A stretch of DNA of 64,000 bases, taken from NCBI RefSeq assembly GCF_009914755.1, contig NC_060942.1; one strand, written 5' to 3'. Every line of letters begins with the position of its first letter. Positions within the stretch are counted from its first letter, which is position 1. Positions 41,885 through 56,299 of this stretch are shown in pieces. This stretch comes from the human T2T-CHM13v2.0 reference genome, Homo sapiens. The translations under genes and the position numbers were made by a program. Under the pieces are notes generated by a model. The model saw only the letters and a list, made by a program, of their open reading frames with translations, was not told the DNA's origin and searched no databases.

Positions 41885-42330
41885 ACTCATTAATATTTAT
41901 TGAGTGCCTGCTGTGTGCCTGGCATTTCACAAGGCTCCAAAGACACAAAAGTAAATAAGCTTCCTCTTCTCAACTCAGTATAATCTTATAGAGGAGAGAC
42001 AAAAGCAAGGAGATGAGAGATGAAATAGAGGTATGCAGAGGATGCTAACAGACAGAGTGAAGTGGCTTCCAACTCAGGTTGGGCAGGATGGTGGGGAAGA
42101 GCGTGTAAGCCTTCCTAGATAAATTCTTAAAGAAAAAATGGTAATTAGCATGGTAGGAGTTGAAGTTCAGATGAGTGTGAGGGCGAGCATTCCTAGTAAA
42201 GAAAGAAGCCCATGCCACAGCTCAGAGAGCCTGCTTTCTCTGGAAACTATGTGTAGTTTCTAAGAGGGCCATTAGAGCAGAGGGTGTCAGGATGGTACTG
42301 GAAAGCTGAGGCTGGAGAAGCACATTTCAA
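41885..42330 (-). mobile_element. L2 fragment
   Basis: aatatttattgagtgcctgctgtgtgcctggca. Confidence 0.65.
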
Positions 42331-42359
42331 ACCACAAAGAGTCCTTAGGAGAAGGAGAA

Positions 42360-42363
42360 GTGT

Positions 42364-42401
<38 letters not shown>
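42360..42401 (+). repeat. (TG)n microsatellite
   Basis: About 20 units with one interruption. Confidence 0.97.
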
Positions 42402-42403
<2 letters not shown>

Positions 42404-42781
42404 TTTAAAGACAAAGGAATTAATTGTGAAGCAGGGGTATTCTCCATTCTCTTATATCAGCATCTTCCTGGTGCCTTCCTTCTATGACTCTGTACTTTTA
42501 GCTCCCCTGAGACCCGTTTGAGTTGCTTCTCTCATCTCTATCAAGGTTCTTCTATGATCATTTCATAGGATTTATATTTGGAAAGAACTGTCTACAAAAA
42601 AAATAGCATTTACTCTAAAAATACAATTTGTATTTCATTTGCACAAGTCAGAAACTTACGTGTTTGAAGATCAAAAGTTATAATCATTAGATGATAGTGC
42701 TACCAACCTGACCTGTGTGTGGTATGTGTTCCAAAAAAAGCAAACAGAAACTTACATCAGACAGCCTTGTTATAGTAGTTA

Positions 42782-43083
42782 TTTTTCTTTTTTTTAAAAA
42801 ATTATACTTTAAGTTTTAGGGTACATGTGCACAACGTGCAGGTTAGTTACATATGTATACATGTGCCATGTTGGTGTGCTGCACCCATTAACTCGTCATT
42901 TAACATTAGGTATATCTCCTAATGCTATCCCTCCCCCCTCCCCCCCACCCCACAACAGGCCCCGGTGTGTGATGTTCCCCTTCCTGTGTCCATGTGTTCT
43001 CATTGTTTAATTCCCACCTATGGATGAGAACATGCGGTGTTTGGTTTTTTGTCCTTGCGATAGTTTGCTAAGAATGATGGTTT
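42782..43083 (-). mobile_element. Young L1PA (PA3/4-like) 3' end
   Basis: ttatactttaagttttagggtacatgtgcacaacgtgcaggttagttac; low divergence, CpGs retained. Confidence 0.95.
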
Positions 43084-43099
43084 TTACAAAAAAAAAAAA

Positions 43100-43417
<318 letters not shown>

Positions 43418-44172
43418 TAACAAAAATCGTTTACAAACCACTTCAAACCCATTCACTGTCATGACCCCTTGTGAATCCAGGCTGAAGTGTTAATGAACAC
43501 CCAAATGGTATTTATTAAAGGAGATTGGTACCGCCCTGTCCTGAGAAAGCCACTTTAAATTGCGGCTCCGCAGGACTGAATGAAGTGAAGACTGAGAGGA
43601 GTCATATCCAGGGTATGATTCTTTTAGTCTTAGTCTTGAAAAATTACAAATGATCATTCATTTCAACTTCAACTGCTTTTGTACTTAGAAAAATCTCACA
43701 ATTCAAACTATTTTTCTAAATTTCTTTCTAGTGTTACTTAATGCTTATCTACTTCCTTATTTCTCAAGGTCTTTGTAATTTCTTTTCATCTATAATGTAG
43801 AGAGAGAACATAAACTAATATGTTTCTCCAAAGAGCTACCCAAATTTCCCAGTACAGGAAGTTTTTTTCAAATTTGATAGAGGTATAGAGACTTGTGTGC
43901 AGGCTTAGAGACAAAAAGACTCGAACAAACATAAACTGTTTCTGTCTTTGATTTAGTAAGATTTAGAAAAACTTAATTTATGTGACTTACCAATTTGCAT
44001 TAAGTCAATGTTATTAATTATGGAAACATAAATGGTTTACATTAAAATACTCTTATCTTCTACTGCAGTAGTGAGAGCACAGAGTGAATTTAGGAACATT
44101 AGCCAACCCATTGTCACCAATGTAATCCAAGAATCCAAGAACATTGCAAACGGTTTATCAATCATAACTTCT

Positions 44173-44404
44173 TTTTTTTTTTTTTTTTTTTTTTTTTGAG
44201 ACGGAGTCTTGCTCTGTCACCCAGACTGGAATGCAGTGGCACGATCTCGGCTCACTGCAACCTCTGCCTCCTGGGCATGCTATTCTCCTGCCTCAGTCTC
44301 CCGAGTAGCTGGGACTACAGGTGCCCACCACCACGCCCGGCTAATTTTTTTGTATTTTTTAGTAGAGACGGGGTTTCACCGTGTTAGCCAGGATGGTCTC
44401 GATC
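44173..44404 (-). mobile_element. 5'-truncated AluY-like element
   Basis: Ends at gttagccaggatggtctcgatc; TSD ATCAATCATAACTTCT at 44157-44172 and 44402-44417. Confidence 0.93.
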
Positions 44405-44734
44405 AATCATAACTTCTATTCAAGATTTAACTTTCTATTCTATTAAATGATTATTACTCATAAAATAAAACAGAAACACTAATGTTTCTGACTTTCACAA
44501 TTATGAAACGAAAGTAAAACGTAAAGAGATAACAAATGTTTGGGAAAAAATATTCTCATAGTCAAGTACATACAAAATACAAATAATTCAGATTATGCTG
44601 TGCTCTTTTGAAAATCTTGTAACAGTGTGGCATTAAAAAAAAAAAGCATGATGCTTGCCTTGCACCTTTGCCTGTAAAATATGCTTTTATTTGCAAAATA
44701 TTGTCCTTTTCCCCAATCACTGTGCTGTATGGCA

Positions 44735-44935
44735 GTGTTAACATTTTGGAGGTCAGTGAAGAGTTTTGAGCTGGTAGCCTGAGTTCCACCATTACTGTCT
44801 GTGTACTTCAGTGTCCTCATCTAAGAATGAGGATAAGAGCACCTCTCCTGTAGGCCTATCAGGTCTATTAAGTAAATTGACATAAATGGGATGTCTGACA
44901 CTGCTAGTGCTCACTAAGCTTTCAGTATTATCATG
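44735..44935 (+). mobile_element. MIR
   Basis: cttcagtgtcctcatctaagaatgaggataa core. Confidence 0.6.
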
Positions 44936-47622
44936 AGCCTAACACTCTGCTACTTGATATGTGATTATATTTGACCCAAAGTAAGCTGGTAAGTGCTAGG
45001 ACTGGCCTTGGCATCTGTACTCTCAGCCTTTTCCATATCCTGCAGGTTTTCAGTTCCATCAGAACATGGACCAGAATATTGTAAAGTAGCAGTTACTCTG
45101 AACGTACATTTCTTTAGCCAAAAACATTAGTATTTAATATGAAAAATAATTCATAAAAATATATCTCAAATATATTCTTCCAATTAATACATTAAAGACT
45201 AATAAGGGGTTAAGATGACAATTTTTATTGCTGCCCACTGGCAGAGTGGTACTATGGCTAATAAGGGTTGCTAAACCCACCTAGAAAAGTGTTCTCCTAA
45301 AACATGAGGAATGTCAAGAAAATTCCTTCTTTCTCCTACAATCTTGACTCCATTTTCATGAATCTCTGATCTCTTACTTTCTATTGGGATGGTTACAATA
45401 CTAGTAGAAACATATTGCAATATCCAGTCCAGTAGGTGTTACTAACTAGAAAGTTATTTAGATTTCAGATTTCTAGGCTCTGAAATTATTGCATGGTTTA
45501 TTCATTGTATAATGCAGACCTTAGAATCATGAACTTAACTGTAATAAATAATTATAGATTTTTCTCAGTAAGAATAAACTTTCTCAATTCCCTATCATAC
45601 CCACCCCTTCTGGTCCCATTCTTATATAGATCTGTGTCCACAATTCTCAACTCTCCTATTGGATGCTAGAGGATTATAATTTGCTGCAGAAAATGGGGAA
45701 TTGTTACTAAACCTTGGGAAATGCAAATAAAACCAGAAGCTTCTTTTTAATCTCTGTACTAGTCTTGCATAAAAACAATTGTTTGATCTAGGGATAAATT
45801 GTTACTCATCAGATATAGTATAGTGGAAACAGAGTTGAAAGCAGCTACTTGGTAGTCCCATTGAATGAGCTTCCAAACCATAAATCTGATCCAATCACTC
45901 ACTTTCTTAAAATCATTCAAAGCTTCCTATCACCTATTAGAAAAAATTATCCAATCTGTTTGGTAGAGTATAACAAACTTTCCATGACTGATTCCCTCTC
46001 CATTCCCAATCTCATCTGCTACTACTTGCCATTTGGATTTGGGTATAATTCATAATGATGAAACATAAAAAGTTTTAAAGCCATGACCATTTGGACATTG
46101 TAGCCTTATAAGAGTGACAAAGGGAATATTTACAAATATGAAAGTCAAAATTTTGTTCCTGATGATCAGAATGCTTCCCAGATCTCTGAAAAATTAATCT
46201 AATCAGTTATCAGAAAGAAAAGCCCTAGGCAAACTTCTTCTTTGGTAATTCATTTTGATAATTACATATCAAACTTCTAGAAAGTAAGATGAAAATTCAG
46301 ATCTTTATCAAGTTAAGCAAATTTTTTTAACACATATCGTCGAAGTCATTTCAAAAGCCCTTGGACTAAATGCAAGCTTAACCCTGTATCCACCACAGAA
46401 TAAAATTGTGCTACATTATATGAATGCCAGATAGTAAATTTTAAATAATTTCATGATGTTTCTTATATGTAGCCTGAGCTTTCTGCATACTGACTCCTCT
46501 GTAAATGTACGTAACATTCAATAATTTTGTCTATACTATTTCTTTTGTAACAAATCTTTAAGTATATATTGCGCAGAGAAGTCTCATTCTCATGAAAATG
46601 TGTTTTCTTGCATTCATTTAAATTTTTAGAAAAGAAATGTAGCAAAATTTTCAAGTTTTTTCTTAATATATCGTTTTAAGAACTATAAACTTACATGTAT
46701 TATTCTTGTTATTGATTTGTAGGACATTAATATGGTGTTTCAGTAAATTTCTTTAAATAGCTCACTTTATGGTTCAGATCTCTATCTAAACCGGGAATAC
46801 TGTACTTCATCATCCTAAGTAGTTCCTTGATTATTAAAACTCTCTAATAATATGTTCAGAAATTAAAACAAAGATACTTTAATATAATATTCTTTATGAC
46901 TGAGACTTTGAAGATAGCAATGAAATATTTATAGTTTAAAAACTAAATACCTGAATTTTTCATTATATTTTCCCATTCCTCTTGTTAATCAACATTAGTG
47001 AATTTTTATTTCATGTATTCTCCAGTCTTTATATAATGTTTTCACTTAGATTATGCCATTTTAACATTTACCATTTTACTGGCTGTCACAGATTGCTTAT
47101 AAACTTCATAATTATTCAAATGAATTATCTATTTGCTAATGGTAAAGAATTCATCTAAGCTTTGCAAAGAGATCGCAGTTGTAGAAAATTAATATCTCAC
47201 TAGGTAATTACAATAATTAAAATACAAGAGAAATTAAATGCAAGCAACAGAAACAAATGAATGCTACATTGACTAAAATAAGAGACATAAGACTATTTTT
47301 ATTATGGAGAATTTATAAAATAGCTATGAAAATATAATTCTATTTGAATCAAATTAAACCATCTTCAAGACAAATCAAATTATTATAAACTACATTATAT
47401 TCACTATATTTTAGTGTTTGGATATTGCTGTTAACCTACCAGTCTTTTTATAACTGTGGGCTGAGCACTACATAAAATTAAATGATAGGCAGTTTTCCCA
47501 CTCAAATATTTCTATCTAAGGTTTAAAGATATAAGTAAAGAATAGTTGCATATCCACTTATGAGATAAACAAAAAAGAACCAAGCTTTGAGATGAAAGTC
47601 CCATTATTAATAGCAATACATT

Positions 47623-47628
<6 letters not shown>

Positions 47629-47678
<50 letters not shown>
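47629..47678. repeat. (TA)25 microsatellite
   Basis: Uninterrupted TA run. Confidence 0.97.
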
Positions 47679-47681
<3 letters not shown>

Positions 47682-48129
47682 TGTATGTTAGAGAAAGGAG
47701 AGAGTGAAGGGAGAAGGGGAATAAAAGCCTTTATAAATTAACATTTGGGTAATAGAATGTTTTTTAATTCTGTAAATCTCAAAGATGAGGTTAAGGAAAT
47801 CACAAATCTCCCACATAGTAAAGCAGCAAAAAGGAGAGTGAAAATAGACAAGATTAGAAAAGTACCAGATCAGTACACCACTTGAACATATAATTAAGAA
47901 ATGATCCAGAAAAAGAGAACAGAGGTGGAAAAGAGGGAGAGAAAACAGAGAAATGGAAGGAAATAATTAACAGGAAATTATTTTAATAATTCTAAATATT
48001 TCTTGGAAATGAGAGACTTTGGTTCCTTAATTAAAAAAAAAAATACAGCTTTTCATCCTGAAGCTTAAAACACTGGAAACAAAGAGAAGTTTCTAAAAAT
48101 TCTAAACCAGACAAAAACTAACACTATTG

Positions 48130-48340
48130 TTATCTAATATTATCCTGCACCATTATGTACTAACTCATTTAATACATGATTCTATTAGTAGAAACTATTA
48201 TGATTGCCATTGTACAGCTGAGGAACTTGAGGGAAAGAGTAAAGAACTTTCTGGATGTCACCCAGCTGGTAAGTAGTGGAGCTGGAAGTCAAACCAAGTA
48301 GTCTTCTTTTAGAGTTTATACTATTAACCATTACACAATA
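48130..48340 (-). mobile_element. MIR flanked by old L1ME fragments (about 47780-48720)
   Basis: cattgtacagctgaggaacttgagg...gtcacccagctggtaagtagtggagctgga. Confidence 0.7.
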
Positions 48341-49043
48341 TAGGAGTCCTTAATTTAGAGTGAGAGCCAAGATAAATTCCCAATGAATTAAAGAGCTAAA
48401 GTTAGAAGAAATTTATGAAAGTATTAAGAAGAAAGTAGGAGAAAATATTTTAATATTACTGCAATGAAGAAAGACTTGTTATCAAGACACAAAACCCAGA
48501 AAACACAAAGACAGATTTGACCACGAGAAATGAAATACTTTCTATAGGAAAAAAAAAAAGAAATTAACAGAACAATGAGATGTAGTTTTTTGTATTCAAC
48601 TTGGAAAAAAGATTTTTAAAAATCTAATAATATTCATATCTAATGTTAAGAAAGAAAGTACTTTTATATCCGTTAGGTGGGAATGTAAATTAGTGCAATG
48701 CAATTTGACAGTTTATGTCAGAAACCTAGTGACATATAACAGCCATTAAATTAAAACTAATTTTTTTGACAATTTGAAGAATCAGAAATTACATGCCATA
48801 TTTAATCATTGTATGTAATTTTAAGCCAAATTATATAATTTCACAAACAAGTGCAAATACCTTCCAGAAAAAAGGCCAAGAAAATAATTGTTCCAACGTC
48901 CAAACCCACTAAATTATGTACATTAATTATGTTCAGTTTTTGTTACCAATTATACCTCAATGAAGCTGGAAGAAAAAAAGTCCCTAGAAAAAGAAAAGAT
49001 GTTATGAATTAATGTCTCCTGATTCATTTTGATTTTTATAGCT

Positions 49044-49426
49044 TGTTATAGACTGACTTTATCCCCCCAAAAATACATAGGTTGACTCCCTAAACCCACA
49101 TACAACTGTATTTAAAGATAAGATCTTTGAAGAGATAAGTAAGGTAAAATGAGATCATATGGGTAGAACCTCATCTGATACAACTGGTGTTCTTATAAGA
49201 AAAGGAGATTAGGACAACTGACATGCTCACACACAGAGGAAAGGCCGTGTGAGGACACAGCACAAAGATGGCCATCTGCAAACCAAGGAAAGAGGCCTCA
49301 GAAGAAAGCAACCCTGCCAACACCTTGATCTTGGACTTCCAGCCTATAAAACTTTGAGAAAATAAATGTGGCTGAAGCTACCCAGTCTGTGGCATTTTAT
49401 TATGGCAGCCCCAGCAGACTAAGACA
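49044..49426 (+). mobile_element. MLT1A/B-like MaLR solo LTR
   Basis: TG..CA ends, perfect TSD TAGCT; AATAAA 49361-49366. Confidence 0.9.
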
Positions 49427-49742
49427 TAGCTTTACCTGTTTGAATTGTTTTTTGTTATTCAGCAACACACTTCACAATTTTGAAGGAACGTGAATCAAGT
49501 CTTAAGGCATTGAGTTGTGAAAATTGACATTACTTCTTCTCTGAAGCTGTACTGTATCCTAAAGTGACCCATGTGTTTAAAGAACTTCTATAAGGAAAAG
49601 GAGAACATGTTCAGGGCAATGCTTTGGCTTCTGTTTCCAGGAAACCTAGGTCTGACTTCTTCTGCACTATCCAGCTTGGCAAGTTGTTAAATACCTCTGA
49701 GCTTCTAATTTATTTTTTTTCCACATGTAAAATGAAGATATG

Positions 49743-50235
49743 TGTATGAGTAAGGGTTTTCCAGAGAAATAGAACCAGTAGGATACATATAGATATATAA
49801 GAGGAGATCTATTATGGGAATTGGCTCACCTTATTATGGAGGCCAGGAAGTTCCATGATCTGCCATCTGCAAGCTGGAGACCCAAAAGAGCCAGAAGTGA
49901 GACACAGTCCAAGTCTGAAGGCCTGAGAACCAGGAAAGCCAATGGTGTAGGTCCCATAGTCCAAAGGCCTGGAGCTCTGATGTCTGAGGGCAGAAGAAGA
50001 TGGATGTTCCAGCTCAAACAGTGAGAAAATGTGCCATTCCTCCTCTTTCTGTTCTATCCAAATGGACTGGATGATGCCCGCCCATATTGGTGAGGGCAGA
50101 TTTTCTTTTCTTAGTCTACTGATTCAGATGCTAACCTGCCCTCAAATACCTACACAGACACACTCAGAAATAATGTTTCACCAGCTATCTGGGCATTCTT
50201 TAACCCATTCCTGCTGACACATAAAAGCCATCACA
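49743..50235 (-). mobile_element. MLT2B-like ERVL solo LTR inserted in a MIR (about 49615-50350)
   Basis: ccagagaaatagaaccagtagga...tgccatctgcaagctggagaccca; perfect TSD ATATG. Confidence 0.9.
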
Positions 50236-50651
50236 ATATGCAATCTCACTGTACAGAGTTGATATGAGGATTTTTAAAATATGATTTCTAAGGTACTTAG
50301 CACTGGATCTACATGAAATACATGCTCAATGAACAGTGGTTATTATATTATGGCTTTTCTACATCACTGTCTTTATGGATTGAAACCATTGATCTTCATT
50401 CCCCATTTCTCAAATGTGCTGAATATGAGCCTGGACACCCCCAACAAATCTACTTAAGGTCATGAAGCTACTGAGACCCTGAGATCTCCAAAGGAATTTC
50501 AGAAGCACTCTAGGAGAGCACAGTGATCAAATCATAACCATACTAGTCTGGTTTGACTTATAATTAAAACAAATTGAGTAAAATTCAGATACAGTTTATA
50601 GAAAAGATGTTGGCAATAAGTCCTAGTATTGCTAAGCATAATTAATATATG

Positions 50652-51486
50652 GTATATTGATTTTGTATCCTGCAACTTTAGTAAATTTATGTACCACCTC
50701 TAAGAGTTTTTTAGTGGAGTCTCTAGATTTTTCTAAATATGAGATCATAACAACTTCAAACAAGGATAATTTGACTTCTTTTACAATTTGGATGCCCTTT
50801 CTTTCTTTTGCGTAATTGCTCTGACTAGGGCTTCTGGTACTATGTTGAATAAAAGTGGTAAAAGTGGGCATTCTTGTTTTGTTCCAGTTCTTAGTGGAAA
50901 GGCTTTCAATTTTTCCCCATTCAGTATGATACTAGCTGTGGGTTTGTAAAAAATAGCCCTTATTTGGTTGAGATATGTTCCCTCTATACCCAATTCTTTG
51001 AGGGTTTTCATAATGAAGCAATGTAGAACTTTATCAAGTGCTTCTATAGCATCTATTAAAACGATCTAGTTTTAGTTTTAGTCCTTGATTTTGTTGATGT
51101 AATGTATCATGTTTATTGATTGTTAAACCATCCTTGTATCCTGAGGATGAATCCCACTTGATTAAGGTGAATGATCTCTTTAATGTGTTGTTTAATTCTA
51201 TTTGCTACTATTTTGTTGAGAATTTTTGAATCTATGTTCATCAGAGATATTGGCCTGTAGTTTTCTCTTTTTTTCTATATTTTTCTGGTTTTAGTATCAG
51301 AGTCATACTTGCCTCATAGAGTAGGTTTGGAAGTATTATCTCCTCTTCAATTTTTTGAAATAGTTTAAGTGAAACTGGTATTACTGATAGGCAAAGGTTG
51401 GCAGTGATTCCACTAGGTCCTGGGCTTTTCTTTGGTGGAAGACTTTTATTACTCCTTCAATCTCATTATTCATTATGGCCTGTCAG
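50652..51486 (-). mobile_element. Inverted 5' segment of an L1MA element (ORF2 RT region)
   Basis: Minus-strand remnants [36 protein letters not shown] and KVAGYKINI. Confidence 0.92.
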
Positions 51487-53455
51487 TAGTGTTTCTATAC
51501 ACTAACAGCGAACAATCTGAAAAAAAAATAAAGACAGCAATTTCATTTACAATGGCTACAAAATATAAAGAAAACAATTTCATTTACAATAGCTATTAAT
51601 ACAAATATAATACCTAAGAATAAATTTAACCAGAGAAGTGAACATCTTTACAACAAGGGACAATATAAAATACTGATGAAAGAAATTGAAGAGTACAAAA
51701 AAATGGAAAGATATTCCATGTTCATGGATTGGAAGAATAAACATTGTTAAAATGTCCATACTACCCAAAGCAATCTACAGATTCGATGCAATCCCTATCA
51801 AAATACCAATAACATTCTTCACAGAAGTAGAAAAGACAATTCTAAAATTCACACGGTACCACAAAAGACCCCAAATAACGAAAGCTATCCTGAGCAAAAA
51901 GAACAAAGCTGGAGACATCACAGTATCCCAATTCAAATTAAACTACAATGGTATAGTAACAAAAACAGCATGGTACTGGCAAAAAACAGAAACACAGAAC
52001 AATGGAAAGAGTTGAGGACCCAGACATAAATCCACGTGCTTACAGCCAACTCATTTTTAACAAAGATGCTGAGAACATACCTTAAAGAAAGGACAGTCTG
52101 CTTAATAAATGGTGCTGAGAAAACTGGTTATTTATACACAGAATTAAACTAGAGTCCCATCTTTCACCACATATAAAAATAAACTCAAAATGGAGTAAAG
52201 ATTTAAATGTAATACCTAAAACTTCAGACTATTAAAAGAAAATATTGGGGAAATGCTACAGGACATTGGTCTGGACAAAGATTTTGGGGAGTAAGACCAC
52301 AAAAGCACAGGAAACAAAAGCAAAATAGACAAATGGTATTATATCATGCTAAAAAGCTTCTGCACAGCAAAGGAAAAAAAGCTAACAAATAAATGAGACG
52401 ACCTAAAGAATGGGAGAAGATATTCCTAAACTATTGATTTGACTAGGTATTAATAACCAGAATATATAAATAACTCAAACAACTCAGTAGCAAAAAAAAG
52501 CAAAATGTAAAAATAAGCAAACTCCTGAATAGACATTTCTCAAAATAAGATATACAAGTGGCAAACAGATATGTAGATATAAAAGCTCAACATAACTAAT
52601 CATTAGAGAAATGCAGATCACAACTACAATGGGATATCATCTCACCCCACTTAAACTGTTATTATCAAAAAGACAAAAAATAACAAATGCTGTCAAGGAT
52701 GTGGAAAATGGGAATGCTCAAGTGTTGTGGGAATATTAAGTAGTACAGCTATTATGGAAAATAAAATGGAGATTTCTCAAAAAAACTAGCAATCCCACTT
52801 CTAGGTACACATCCAAAAGAAAGGAAATTAGTATGTCAAGGAGGTATTTGCATTCCCATGTTTATTGCAGCATCATTTACAATAGCCAAGATAGAGAATC
52901 AACCTATGTCCATAAACAGATGAATGGATAAAGAAAATGTGGTACATATACACAATGCAATGCTATTCATCCATAAGAAAGAATGAGATCCTGTCATTTG
53001 CAGTGACATGGATGGAACTAGGGTCATTATGTTAAGTGAAATAAGCCAGGCACAAAAAGACAAATATTACACGTTCTCACTCATATGTGAGAGCTGAAAA
53101 TGTGGATCTCCTGGAGATAGAGAGTAGAACGGTGGTTTCCAGAGGCTTGGAAGGGAAAGTGGAAGAAGGAGATAAGTGACGTTGGTTAATGGAAACAAAA
53201 ATACAGTTAGATAGAAGGAATAAGTTTCAGTATTCCATAGTATAGTAGATAAATTATAGTTAACAATAATTTATTGTATTTTTCAAATTAGCTAGTAAAG
53301 AACTCCAATATGTCCAACACACAAAAAGAGATAAATGCTTGAGATGATGAATATCCCACTTACCCTGACTTGATCATTACACATTCTATACATGTTTCAG
53401 AACATCATGTGTTCTCTCAAAATATATGCAACTGTAATATATTAATAAAAAATAT
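51483..53455 (+). mobile_element. Sense 3' segment of the same L1MA (MA3/4-like)
   Basis: ORF2 remnant [29 protein letters not shown]; L1MA 3' UTR and aataaa. Confidence 0.92.
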
Positions 53456-53576
53456 ACAAACATACATTTAAATAGTAAGTTTATTTATTACAAGATGTCG
53501 TAGAGAGCCCTGGGTTGCTTCTACTTACATCTGGTTTTCACATTTACTTAACTGCCCAATTATTAGATACTCTGTA

Positions 53577-53941
53577 TGTATTAGTCCATTTTCACACTGC
53601 TATAAAGACATACCCAAGACTGGGTAAGTTATAGAGAGAAGACATTTAATTGACTCACAGTTTTGCATGGCTGGGGAGGCCTCAGGAAAGTTACAATCAT
53701 GGCGAAAGGGGAAGAGTCACATCTTCCTTGGCCTCAGGCAAGAGAGCAAATGATCAAAACAGGACCTTGCCAAACACTTATAAAACCATTAGATCTCGTG
53801 AGAACTCACCCACTATCGCAAGAACAGCATGGGGGAACCAACCCCATAATCCAGTCACCTCCCGTCAAGTCTCTCCCTCAACATCTGGGGATTACAATTC
53901 AAGAGGAGATTTGGGTGAGGACATAAAGCCTAACCATATCA
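53577..53941 (-). mobile_element. THE1D/MSTA-like solo LTR
   Basis: tgtattagtccattttcacactgctataaagac...aagcctaaccatatca; TSD CTGTA/CCATA. Confidence 0.9.
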
Positions 53942-53957
53942 CCATAAGAAGCTTCTG

Positions 53958-54462
<505 letters not shown>

Positions 54463-55908
54463 CTATCTAGGCCCAACTGTTAATGCTTTGACTCTGGGCT
54501 GCTTGTGTCCTCATCAGATGACTTTGTTATTTATTTATCACATTGTTTGTTGTTTTCTTTGTTATTTATAGGGACAGTACCCTTTTATCTCCCCCAGATT
54601 CTAACAAAGTAATAAAACACATAAATTCAAACTATTAAATAGCTTTACCAGGCCCATTGTCTTTTACCAATTAATACTGCAAGTTTTATGCTTTGGGATC
54701 TTTCTGACTTTCTACAAAAACAATTTCCTTCATAGTATATATCAAGAATAAAATCAGTGTTATTAAGATAAAAATTCAGAGACTAGCCAAAAGGGAACCC
54801 TTGTTGGTCATTCTGTGTCAGCAACAATGCATTTCTTAATTCCTCGGGAAGGAGAGGATATTCACAATGTGTTGTCAGTCTCCATTTTTTCTTCCATTCA
54901 TAATGTGAATCTCTGGTCTTGCATTTCAATTTGATTGTTATTTTCTACTGAATTTGTGCTCCTTCTAGTTCATTACTGGTTTGGATTTTTTATGATACAG
55001 CAGGGAAGCTTCTTTTTAAGGCTAGAGTGGTTTTGCTTTTATTGTGTGATACTCTTGAGTTCCTGGAATTAGAGAGAGGGTCATATAATTTTGGCAGAAT
55101 AAAGCAAATGTTTTAAATGTCTCTGTAGCCAATATATTTTCTTATTTATGGAATGGGACTACATTTCTAGGGCATGTATACATACCTTAGTGAGAAGCTG
55201 GCAGGTAGTGGTAGTATGAATGTCATTTCAGAGTATACTTGAACTATGAGATAAATGTGATATGTTTTTTTTTTCCCCAGATTGTCAACATTACCTAGAT
55301 ATATGGGTAGAAAATAGTATTTTCTATTAAAACAAACATGAATGCACAATAGATTAGAAAAGGTAAGAGGACTTTTAAAATAAACCAATAACCATTAACA
55401 ATTTTATTGCTTTTAAATTGTAGCATCCCTTAGATTCCAAAGTTACATATTTGCCTTATTTGTCTTTAGTGGGTGATCTGGAGGAAAAGTTTAGGAAGCA
55501 TTTAACTAGAGTCCTTGTATAGTGTGATGAGCAAGGCTGTTGCATCAGGTTTTTAATTTAAGCCACAGAGTTGATTTTTATTTTGTTTTGCTTCCATCAA
55601 CACTGTCTAGGGGCATAATTCAAATGAACATTGAAAAAATGCTTAATTATTTCTTTTTTATTCTCATACTCATTGTTGCCAAAATCAGACAGCATTTACA
55701 AAACCTTCATATATAGAGTACTGACTGAGGTATGCTATTTTTGTAATATGTATTAAATAGCATCATTTGTGAATTATCTGTAAAGAAACGGTTGCAGTAA
55801 GAAAAATCATAATTTAATTTCTAATTAGACTAGAAATTCTTCACAGAGGAGGTGAAGAAAGCGATGCTGACCTTGAGGGGGAGAATATTCTAAGTATGTC
55901 ATAGTGAA

Positions 55909-56299
55909 TGTCTTAGTCTTTTTTGTGTTGCTATAACAGAATACCACAGACTAGGTAATTAATAAGAAAAGAAATGTATTTGTTACAGTTCTGGAGACCG
56001 GGAAGTCCAATATTGAGGGGCCCACATCTAGTGAGGTCCTTCTTCTTGCATTATCCTGTGGTGGAAGGCTGAGGGGCAAGACAGGATGAGACAGCAAGAA
56101 GGAGCAGAACTCACTTTTATAGCAAAGCCACTTCTGTCATAATTAACCCACTTCGGTGGCAATGAAATTAACCTATTCATGATGACAGAGCCCTCATGAC
56201 CTAATAACCTCTTATTAGGCCCCACTGCCCAACACTGTTGCATTGAAAATTAAGCTATCAACACACAAACTTTGGAGGACAAATGTGAACCAATTACCA
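55909..56299 (-). mobile_element. MSTD-like MaLR solo LTR
   Basis: tgtcttagtc...cagagccctcatgacctaataacctctt; TSD GTGAA/GTGAG. Confidence 0.85.

Noticed and set aside
44471-44490. Short hairpin CAGAAACA-CTAA-TGTTTCTG
   Set aside because: An 8-bp stem is expected by chance in 64 kb of AT-rich DNA
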